Assembly (NCBI GenBank): GCA_036506235.1
Contig: DASXSA010000073.1
Location: 1 to 32,074, forward strand
Length of the DNA stretch: 32,074 nucleotides
From: Candidatus Limnocylindrales bacterium
GTDB lineage: Bacteria; Chloroflexota; Limnocylindria; Limnocylindrales; CSP1-4
Direction: 5' to 3'
The position numbers and the translations under genes are program-made. The notes under the pieces were generated by a model that searched no databases, was not told the DNA's origin, and saw nothing but the letters and a program-made list of their open reading frames with translations. Within the stretch, counting starts at the first letter, position 1; the number at the start of each line of letters is the position of its first letter. Shown here piece after piece: positions 18,805-25,932 of this stretch.

Positions 18805-20478
18805 TCAGGCGGGCGACTCCTCCGGCGTGGCCTGGACCGGCTCCTCGATCTGGAAGGTCTCGCGCATCGGAACCTCCTGGAGGAACGCGACGAAGACCGC
18901 CGCGAGAATCGCTCCGATGATGCCCACCCAGAACGTCGACGCGAGCGCGATCGAGAAGGCCTCGTGGATCGCGTTGACGATGCCGGGGATGAGCGGCTGT
19001 ACGAGCGCCTGCGCCTCCGGCGGGACGGCCGCCAGGATCCGGTGGCCGAGGTCGCCAGTTCCTGTCACGTCGGCGTTTCCACCGCCCGCCACTGCGAACT
19101 GTTGCGCGAATTGCACCGGCACCCCAGCGGCGATCAGCCGCGGCGGGACCTCTTCCGCGAAGCGGCTCGCGAAGATCGTTCCGGAGATCGTCAGGCCTAC
19201 CGTGCCGCCGATCTGCTGGAAGAAGGTGAGGCTGCTGGTCGCGACGCCGATTCGATCGGGCGAAACGGCGTTCTGAACGATCAGGGTGAAGACCGCGAAC
19301 GACGGCCCGATGCCCAGGCCCGCAAGCACCATCCATAGCCAGATAGCAGGCAGCGGCGTGTCCGCATGCAGGTTGGTCATCAGGAACAGCCCGACCGCGA
19401 GCAGCACCAGCGAGCCGATCATCAGCACCTTGTAGCGACCAGTCCGGGCGACGATCTGACCGGAGGCGGTCGCGCTGATGATCAGGGCCGCCAGCAGCGG
19501 CAGCAGGTTATAGCCCGATTCGGTCGCGCTCGAACCTGCGACGGTCTGGAACCAGCGCGGCAGGAAGATCACTGCCCCGAAGAACCCGAAGGCAGCCAGG
19601 AACATCGCGGCCACCGAGATCGTGAAGGATCGGATCCGAAACAGGCTGAGCGGCACGATGGGTTCGGGCACCCGTGACTCGATCCACAGGAAGACGACTC
19701 CCGCGATCAGCCCGAGCAGGATGAGGCCGCCGACGCTGGGGTCGCTCCACTCGTTGGCGACGGGAGCGCCGTTGACGAGGTGAAAGCCGCCCTTGTTGGT
19801 GAGGCCGATCAGGAACGACCCGATGGCAAAGGCAAAGACCGCGGCACCGACGAAATCGATGTTCCGGGCGGCCTCGGGCCGGCGGATGGTCGGCAGCAGG
19901 CGCCACAGGATGAAGAGCGAAACGAGGCCGATCGGGACGTTTACGAAGAAGATCCAGTGCCACGACCAGGTATCGGTGATGAACCCTCCGATGCCGGGCC
20001 CCAGCAGCGAGGACAGCCCGAACACGGCCCCGAAGAAGCCGAGGTACTTGCCGCGTTCGGCGGGGGTGTAGAGGTCCGCCACAACGGCGAGCGCGACGGG
20101 GAACACCGCCCCGCCGCCGAGGCCCTGCAGGCCGCGGAACAGGATCAGCTGCCACATCTCCTGGCTCAGCCCGGCGAGAACGGAGGCGACCAGGAAGAGG
20201 CTGACGGCAAAGATGATGATCGGACGCCGGCCGAACAGGTCCGACAGCTTGCCGTAGATCGGCCCGCTGATGGTGGAGGTGAGCAGGTACACGGAAACGG
20301 CCCACGTGTAGAGCTGGTTGCCGTGCAGGTCAGTCACGATCCGCGGTAGCGCGGTCCCGACGACCGTCTGGTCGAGCGCGAACAGGAACAGCGCGAGCAG
20401 GATCGCGCCCAGGATCTCGAGCCGCTCACGAGCGGTCAGGTTGATCGCGGGCTCGCCCGCGGCAAGGGGACGCGACAT
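18805..20478 (-). CDS. MFS transporter, DHA2 (EmrB/QacA, 14-TMS) drug/H+ antiporter family
   Basis: LDQTVVGTALPRI, GKLSDLFGRRP motif, multiple TM segments over 557 aa. Confidence 0.9.
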   Translation of the reverse strand: MSRPLAAGEPAINLTARERLEILGAILLALFLFALDQTVVGTALPRIVTDLHGNQLYTWAVSVYLLTSTISGPIYGKLSDLFGRRPIIIFAVSLFLVASVLAGLSQEMWQLILFRGLQGLGGGAVFPVALAVVADLYTPAERGKYLGFFGAVFGLSSLLGPGIGGFITDTWSWHWIFFVNVPIGLVSLFILWRLLPTIRRPEAARNIDFVGAAVFAFAIGSFLIGLTNKGGFHLVNGAPVANEWSDPSVGGLILLGLIAGVVFLWIESRVPEPIVPLSLFRIRSFTISVAAMFLAAFGFFGAVIFLPRWFQTVAGSSATESGYNLLPLLAALIISATASGQIVARTGRYKVLMIGSLVLLAVGLFLMTNLHADTPLPAIWLWMVLAGLGIGPSFAVFTLIVQNAVSPDRIGVATSSLTFFQQIGGTVGLTISGTIFASRFAEEVPPRLIAAGVPVQFAQQFAVAGGGNADVTGTGDLGHRILAAVPPEAQALVQPLIPGIVNAIHEAFSIALASTFWVGIIGAILAAVFVAFLQEVPMRETFQIEEPVQATPEESPA

Positions 20479-20666
20479 GACGTGGACCTCTAAAGCAAAA
20501 CGGATGAAGCGGTCGCGCCTGCGGCGAGAAGTTGGGCTTCGCCCCCTGGAGGCGCGGTCGACGTCCGCTGGATGGGTGATTGGGGACAGTCTAGCTGGCC
20601 CGACGGTCAGACCCTGACAGGATCCCGGGCGACCGTTAACGCAGGTTTGTCGTCACGTTAAAGGCA

Positions 20667-21539
20667 CTACCCGCTCGTGGTTCGTGCGGAAGCTCGCGAC
20701 CACGCGCCCGCGGCCTCTGCGCCCTGTCGCTCTCCCGCCTGGACCGCCGCCGCCATCCGGCTGGCATCCATCAGGTCGGCGCCCATCTCGAGCGCGGAAC
20801 GCTCGTCGGCGATGATCTCGATCACGCGCGCGCCGGCCTCGCGGATCCCGGACGTCTCACGCAACAGATAGTCCATGGCGGCGTCGCCCCCGATGGGTAC
20901 GACGACCACCACGGGGTCATGTCCCAGGGCGAGATCGGCGCTGATCCCCGAGCGCAGCCCGCCGTCAACGTAGCGGTGGCCGCCAACCGTGACGGGTGGA
21001 AAGACGCCCGGCAACGCACAGCTCGCCGCGACCGCCTGCACGAGCGGAACGCCTGAGGTCACGTCCCAGGCGACGAACTCGCCGTCGTCGACGTCGACCC
21101 CCGTGATCGTGAGTGGCTTTGGCCAATACGTCACGGGCAGGAAGCGTTTGAACAGGTCGACGTACTCGCGCTCGGGAACGGTGGTCACCTGCGTCGCCAG
21201 CGCCCCGATCTCGGCCCTGGCCGCCTGATCCAGCGCGCCCGCCGCTGCCTGCCAGCGTTCGAAGATCGTGGCCGCCACCGTGGCGTCGACCGCGGCCTGG
21301 AAGCGCTCCAGCTCGCGAGCGAGGGTGGTGGCCTCCGGCATCAGGTCATCCGTCACCGGAACACCCGACCCAAGGATGGCTCCGGCCACCGAGCCCGCCG
21401 AGGTGCCGATCACGAGGTTCGCCTGGGCTGGGTCCACCCCGCCGAGCTTCAGCCCGCGCATCACGCCCAGTTCCCAGGCGATCCCGAGGAGGCCGCCGCC
21501 GGCGAGGACGAGGGCCATTCCGGGCATGGCTACCGCCAC
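20667..21539 (-). CDS. Patatin-like phospholipase (stand-alone catalytic domain)
   Basis: Oxyanion GGGLLG, nucleophile elbow GTSAG, catalytic Asp in YVDGGL. The GTG start (21539) overlaps the upstream cyclase stop (21530-21532). An alternative ATG at 21527 lies 2 nt after that stop. Confidence 0.85.
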   Translation of the reverse strand: MAVAMPGMALVLAGGGLLGIAWELGVMRGLKLGGVDPAQANLVIGTSAGSVAGAILGSGVPVTDDLMPEATTLARELERFQAAVDATVAATIFERWQAAAGALDQAARAEIGALATQVTTVPEREYVDLFKRFLPVTYWPKPLTITGVDVDDGEFVAWDVTSGVPLVQAVAASCALPGVFPPVTVGGHRYVDGGLRSGISADLALGHDPVVVVVPIGGDAAMDYLLRETSGIREAGARVIEIIADERSALEMGADLMDASRMAAAVQAGERQGAEAAGAWSRASARTTSG

Positions 21540-23665
21540 CCGATCGACACGATCTCGACCGGCTTCGATATTCCCTTGAGCTCCACCGTCCGGCGGCCTT
21601 CCTCCCGGAACGTCCGTCGCGATGCGGCGAGCGTGTCGCTCGATACGACGATCTCCGCGCCTGAGGCACTGGCGCCGATCCGGGCGGCCGCGTTCACACC
21701 CGTGCCGCTGAAGTCGAGACCGGCGCGATTGGCTTCGGCGCGATGAATGCCGATGCGGACCGTGACGGCAAACCCCTGGGTTCGCCGGTGATCGACAAGC
21801 CGGCGCTGGATCGCGATCGCGGCGTCGATCGCGAGGTCGACGTCGTCGAAGGCGAGAAAGAAGCCATCGCCGATGGTCTTGATCTCCTGGCCGCCGTGCT
21901 CGGCAACGATCGACCTGAGCGTCTGGTCGTGCCAGCGAATGAGCTCCTGCCAGGACTCGTCCCCGAGCAGCTCGGCAAATCGCGTCGAGTCGACGATGTC
22001 AGTGAACATGAACGTCTTGACGGCCCGTTTTCCACCAGCGGCCGTCGGGCGACCGTTCGGCGAGTCCTGCACCGCGGCCAGCAGCTCGTCGGCGTGGCGG
22101 AGATCGAGGGTGGCGCCGAGTTTCTCGAAGGCATCCTTCGCCGCCTGGGCCTCCATTCGCGCCCGCTCGGCATCCCCGTGCGCCGCGAACGCTTCGGCAA
22201 GCAGAATCCTCGCGCGGGCGGCATCGTACGGCGCATCGAGCTCCGTCCACAGGCGGAGGGCTTCGCCCAAGGATCCGGTGGCCGCCGAAGCCTCGCCGTC
22301 GACGAGCTGCAGCGCGCCCCGGGCGGCCGCCGACGCCGCCCGAATCGCGACGATCGGGATCCGGGTCGCGAGGGTTTCGAGCTCCTGGACCGCCTTGACC
22401 GCGGCATCGCGCTCTCCCGCGACGAGCGCGATCTGGACCTGCGCCGGAAGGAGCGCGAGCCGCGCCAGGTCGCTGTTCGGGGGCGGCCCCCAGGAGGGCT
22501 GCCTGGCCGGCCCGTCGAGGGCGCGCCTGATCGACGCGTTTGCCTCCGGAACCTTTCCCTGAGCGAGCCGCAGGAGCGACAGCGCCGGCTCCGGATCCTG
22601 GCCCATGGCATGGGCTCGCAGCAGCGCCTCTTCCGCCGCCGGCAGGTCTCCTCGGCGCAGGCGGATTTCGCCAATCTGGTAGAACGCGAAGGCGGCGGCG
22701 GCCGGGACGAAACCTTCCAGCTCGTCGCTGGCTCGCCGCGCTTCGGCTTCGGCCTCGAGCCACGTTCCGCGCAGGTTCTTGATCTCCGCCCGATAGAGAC
22801 GGCACATGCCCGGATAGCCATTGATGCCCTCGCGCTGGCACCAGCGATCCTGGGCGTCCGTCCACTGCGCGGCGCGTTGCCAGTCACCGAGCGCCGCGCA
22901 GGTGCTGATCGTCGCGCAGCACACGCCCCCCGCCACGGACGGCTCGAGCGCGCCCGCCACTGCCGCGACGCTCGCCTCGTCGAGGATCGACAGGCCTTCT
23001 TCGACCTGGCCCTTCGCCACGAGCGCGACGCCCTTGCCGCTCAGCGCGAGCGCCTCCAGGTCACGGTCGCCGAATCGCCCGGCAATCTCCTCTGCCCGCG
23101 ATGATTGCTCGTAGGCTTCGTCGATCCGGCCGGTGATGCAGGCCTGGAAGCCGCGGGTGGCCGACAGCCAGCCATGCGCCGGGTTCTCTTCCATCCCATC
23201 CAGGAGGCGCTCTGCGCGCTTCAGCCATGCCGAGGCGACCGACTGATGGTTGCGCATCGTGTTGTCGTGGCCGAGCAGGATCGCCGCGATCGCCGCCGAG
23301 AGCTTGTCCCCGGACTTCAGCGATGCGGCATAACTACGCTCCCGGGCTTCGATCGCGACCGGGAGCTTGCCCACCCACCAGGCGGACTGGGCGAGAAGCT
23401 CGAGCTCCTCGGGCGAAAGCGCGCCGGGTCGGTCGGCGGCCGACAAAAGGTCGAACGCCTCGCGCCAGGCGTGCCGGGCGAGCGTCTCCCTGGCTTTATC
23501 GGCAAGAGCCGGCTCGAGAACCTGTGACAAGGGCTCCTCCGCGAAGGGGAGCCCATTCTGCCACCTGCCCGTGGCTCCTCCAGTCAGTGACCCTTCGGGC
23601 GTGCCTTGTGGAGGGCGAGCGCTCGAGCGCTCTCTGGTCGGGGCGTCCGCGCGCTGCGAGACCAC
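21530..23665 (-). CDS. TPR-like helical-repeat protein with C-terminal class III adenylate cyclase domain
   Basis: C-terminal roughly 190 aa: FMFTDIVDST, KTIGDGFFLAF, GLDFSGTGVNAAARI. All six canonical catalytic/specificity residues are present (D, D, K, D, N, R), giving an ATP-type prediction. N-terminal roughly 500 aa is Ala/Leu-rich with TPR-like periodicity. The start is uncertain: GTG 23665, or TTG 23530 preceded by GGAGGAG. Confidence 0.85.
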   Translation of the reverse strand: MVSQRADAPTRERSSARPPQGTPEGSLTGGATGRWQNGLPFAEEPLSQVLEPALADKARETLARHAWREAFDLLSAADRPGALSPEELELLAQSAWWVGKLPVAIEARERSYAASLKSGDKLSAAIAAILLGHDNTMRNHQSVASAWLKRAERLLDGMEENPAHGWLSATRGFQACITGRIDEAYEQSSRAEEIAGRFGDRDLEALALSGKGVALVAKGQVEEGLSILDEASVAAVAGALEPSVAGGVCCATISTCAALGDWQRAAQWTDAQDRWCQREGINGYPGMCRLYRAEIKNLRGTWLEAEAEARRASDELEGFVPAAAAFAFYQIGEIRLRRGDLPAAEEALLRAHAMGQDPEPALSLLRLAQGKVPEANASIRRALDGPARQPSWGPPPNSDLARLALLPAQVQIALVAGERDAAVKAVQELETLATRIPIVAIRAASAAARGALQLVDGEASAATGSLGEALRLWTELDAPYDAARARILLAEAFAAHGDAERARMEAQAAKDAFEKLGATLDLRHADELLAAVQDSPNGRPTAAGGKRAVKTFMFTDIVDSTRFAELLGDESWQELIRWHDQTLRSIVAEHGGQEIKTIGDGFFLAFDDVDLAIDAAIAIQRRLVDHRRTQGFAVTVRIGIHRAEANRAGLDFSGTGVNAAARIGASASGAEIVVSSDTLAASRRTFREEGRRTVELKGISKPVEIVSIGWR

Positions 23666-23805
23666 AGCTTCTTCGGCAGTGGGCGCAATACCAGCACCGA
23701 CAGAACCGCAGGCGACTTGGTGAACTTGCCCCGCTGGTGCGCGCGGACGCGGCCACGGGTGGCCAGGATCTTTGCGATGGCCTGGGATCGATGAGGACTA
23801 GGCAT
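23584..23805 (-). CDS. Doubtful small basic ORF (73 aa)
   Basis: The ATG overlaps the last codons of the upstream secreted-protein gene (ATGCCTAG). The middle third has high GC3. It conflicts with the long (GTG 23665) version of the cyclase gene. No family recognised. Confidence 0.2.
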   Translation of the reverse strand: MPSPHRSQAIAKILATRGRVRAHQRGKFTKSPAVLSVLVLRPLPKKLWSRSARTPRPESARALALHKARPKGH

Positions 23806-24586
23806 CGAGCACCATCCAGTGGATGTAGGTGCCCTGCGTGAGGGCCTTGTTGAGGTACACGGTGAACGATCCAGTCGTCGGAACGACCGAAGCGATGTAG
23901 TAGCCGGGCCGCAACGAGCCGATCTGGGCGAACACGTGCGTTGCTGAGGTGACTGCCGCGAGCGTCACTTTCACCGAGCTCTTACCGCTCCCCAGCAGCA
24001 CTCGCCCACTCCGGCTGAACTTCACTCGACCAATTGCCTGGAGCGCGTACTGGTTGGTCTCGGCGGCCTCGGCGAAGACCCCGACCGCGCCGGGATCATC
24101 CAACGTCGTGAATCCCTGTACGCCGAAATGGCCGACGCCCACCGTGCCGAAGTAGCCCTCGCCGATGACGCCGTTGTCGCCGCTCCCGAACACTCCGACG
24201 GTGTTGAACGAGTCCGTGAAGTCGCCGAAACCGGTCACGCCGAACCCGCTCACGCCTGCCGCGGTTCCGAGCACGCCGGTCCGCTCGACGGGGTCGTCCG
24301 GGGTTGCTCCGGTGTCGCCGCTGAACCCGTGCACGCCGGTTCCAAGACCAGTGGAAACTCCGACGAACCCCTGGTCGGGGGTGGCCGAGGTCCCGTGCGA
24401 GTTCGTGATCAACGTCGCCGCCGTCGTCGGGTTGTCGGTCCCCTTCTGGACGTCGTCCACGTCGTGACCCAGCACGCTGGCCGGGGCGCTGATCGCGGTT
24501 GCCGCCATGGCGGCTGCTGACCCCGCAGCTGCGGCGAGCACGGCACGTCGGGTCCGACGCGCGCGCTCAGGTTGCTGCTCACCCAT
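23798..24586 (-). CDS. Tat-secreted Gly/Val-rich repeat protein (hypothetical)
   Basis: ATG at 24586 follows GGAAGGAGGAGG. The track's longer start is unlikely. Twin-arginine signal RARRTRRAVLAAAAGSAAAMAATA. Degenerate G-V-x-G-F/G repeats, then a beta-rich C-terminal domain. Confidence 0.7.
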   Translation of the reverse strand: MGEQQPERARRTRRAVLAAAAGSAAAMAATAISAPASVLGHDVDDVQKGTDNPTTAATLITNSHGTSATPDQGFVGVSTGLGTGVHGFSGDTGATPDDPVERTGVLGTAAGVSGFGVTGFGDFTDSFNTVGVFGSGDNGVIGEGYFGTVGVGHFGVQGFTTLDDPGAVGVFAEAAETNQYALQAIGRVKFSRSGRVLLGSGKSSVKVTLAAVTSATHVFAQIGSLRPGYYIASVVPTTGSFTVYLNKALTQGTYIHWMVLDA

Positions 24587-24749
24587 CTCGAGCCTCCTCC
24601 TTCCGACCACGCCTCTCGCGTAGCCGGGCTCCCCCGCCGCCGTGGCACGGGACGTTTCCCCCTCCTGCAACGAGCATGCCCCGGACAGCAGGTTGGGGTC
24701 AAGGCCACGACAGGCCACCGATCGGGGACGGAGCAGCAGGCTCGGAAGC

Positions 24750-24825
24750 TGGCGTCCCCGGCAGGATTCGAACCTGCGACCCGCGGTTTAGAAAACCGCT
24801 GCTCTGTCCACTGAGCTACGGGGAC
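24750..24825 (-). tRNA. tRNA-Arg (anticodon UCU), CCA encoded
   Basis: Manual cloverleaf on the minus strand: acceptor GTCCCCG/CGGGGAC, U8 A9, D-arm GCTC-AGTGGACA-GAGC, anticodon arm GCGGT-TT[TCT]AA-ACCGC, variable loop GGGTC, T-arm GCAGG-TTCGAAT-CCTGC, discriminator G, CCA. Confidence 0.95.
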
Positions 24826-24896
24826 GCGGCGCCCTGTTGGGCTCGGCGGATTGTAGCCCCACGTCCCCGGTCCTCCCCCACGCGGTGACACAAAGA

Positions 24897-24929
24897 GCCT
24901 CGGCCCGCTTGGGGGAAGCGGGCCGAGGC
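24897..24929 (-). terminator. Intrinsic terminator hairpin downstream of the 24952..25506 gene
   Basis: 14-bp perfect stem GCCTCGGCCCGCTT / AAGCGGGCCGAGGC with a 5-nt loop. On the minus strand it is followed by TCTTTGTGT. It lies 23 nt after the stop codon. Confidence 0.7.
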
Positions 24930-24951
24930 ACGGGGGCGAGGGTCGCGAGGA

Positions 24952-25506
24952 TCAGTGGTTCTTCGAGTGTCCCTTGCCGTGGCCGCCCATGATCTTGCCG
25001 ATCCCCGAGCCGCCGGTCAGCTCGAGGCTCTTGCGGATCTTCCCCCAGCCGTCGCCGGCCTCGCGCATGGCGACGATCTCGGCTGACGTCTTGCCGCTGT
25101 CGTGCGCGAACTCGAGGATTCGGACCGCGCCACCGACGCCGAACTGATCGGCGAGCGTCTTGAGCTCGTCAGCGGTCGTGGTGATGCCCGCGTCGGCCAG
25201 CAGCCCGACGATCCGGTCGAGGTTGGCCGCCGAGACGTCGCTCGCGGTGTTGGCGTCGGGGCTCTCGCTTTCGGGAGCTTCTGATTCAGGAGCCTCGGAT
25301 TCGGGAGCCTCCGTCTCGGGGGCGTCGCTGTCTGGCGCCTCGGTTTCGGGGGCCTCGGTTTCGGGGGCCTCGCTTTCCGTCACATCCGGCCCCTTGGTCG
25401 GGTGCGACGGATGGGCCGACGGACCGGCCGCGAACGTCGTTCCCACCGCCATCAGGAAGATGACGATGACCGGCGCCGCGCGCTTCCCCAGTGCCTTGAG
25501 TGTCAT
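24952..25506 (-). CDS. Secreted protein with acidic EAPE(T/S) pentapeptide repeats (hypothetical)
   Basis: GGAGGG RBS. Signal peptide MTLKALGKRAAPVIVIFLMAVGTTFAAG. 8 tandem pentapeptides. About 95-aa C-terminal domain and a His/Gly/Lys tail. Confidence 0.7.
   Translation of the reverse strand: MTLKALGKRAAPVIVIFLMAVGTTFAAGPSAHPSHPTKGPDVTESEAPETEAPETEAPDSDAPETEAPESEAPESEAPESESPDANTASDVSAANLDRIVGLLADAGITTTADELKTLADQFGVGGAVRILEFAHDSGKTSAEIVAMREAGDGWGKIRKSLELTGGSGIGKIMGGHGKGHSKNH
25255..25377. repeat. Eight tandem 15-nt repeats inside the CDS (encode [ST]EAPE-type units)
   Basis: Plus-strand units read directly: ggagcctcggattcg / ggagcctccgtctcg / ggggcgtcgctgtct / ggcgcctcggtttcg / ggggcctcggtttcg / ggggcctcgctttcc, and so on. 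Confidence 0.9.
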
Positions 25507-25932
25507 TCGATCCGCCCTCCGCGTGGACTTGTCTCGACACGAAGGGAAACGACTCTTACCCGACCGCGTTAGCCGTACTTTCGTTCCGCGAACCCGGTAC
25601 AGAGCGCCTCAGCGACACGGCCGCTGTACGAGGGGAAACCAAAGTGCGGCCCGCCGCACGCGATCGAAAGATGGCACGGCGGGCGTCGCGCGAGCCCGGG
25701 TGGCCTCTTCGCCGGTAGGGTCCGGACGGTGGGGACGGGCCCGCCCGAACCGGATCGTCCGAAGGCAGTTGTTCCTCCGCCTCCGTGGCGGGCCGGGCCG
25801 AGCGGTTCCGCACACAGCCTCGGGCTCGCTTCTAGCCTACTGCTGGCCGGAGGTCAGCACCAGCCCCGCGTGCGAAGAGCGAGCCCAGATTCGCGACCGC
25901 CCCGTGCTACACTCCCGCCCCTTCGCGCAGCG

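Noticed and set aside
20667-24825. Whether the tRNA-proximal block is a mobile genomic island or a canonical CBASS/Pycsar system.
   Set aside because: There is no integrase, transposase, direct repeat of the tRNA 3' end or obvious GC shift, so mobility is unsupported. There is no CD-NTase fold and no cNMP-binding, TIR or TM effector, so it does not fit canonical CBASS or Pycsar. It is kept only as a non-canonical candidate in the findings.
25255-25377. Whether the tandem repeats are a CRISPR array.
   Set aside because: The units are 15 nt, directly abutting with no spacers, and in frame within a secreted-protein gene. This is a coding pentapeptide repeat.
25507-25730. Possible riboswitch (ydaO/c-di-AMP-like) in the long 5' region of the secreted repeat-protein gene, prompted by a GCTAAC...GTAAG string.
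   Set aside because: The core conserved blocks of that family (GGGGACCCA, GGGGTGAATC) are absent and I could not draw a consistent fold. A cmscan would be needed before claiming anything.
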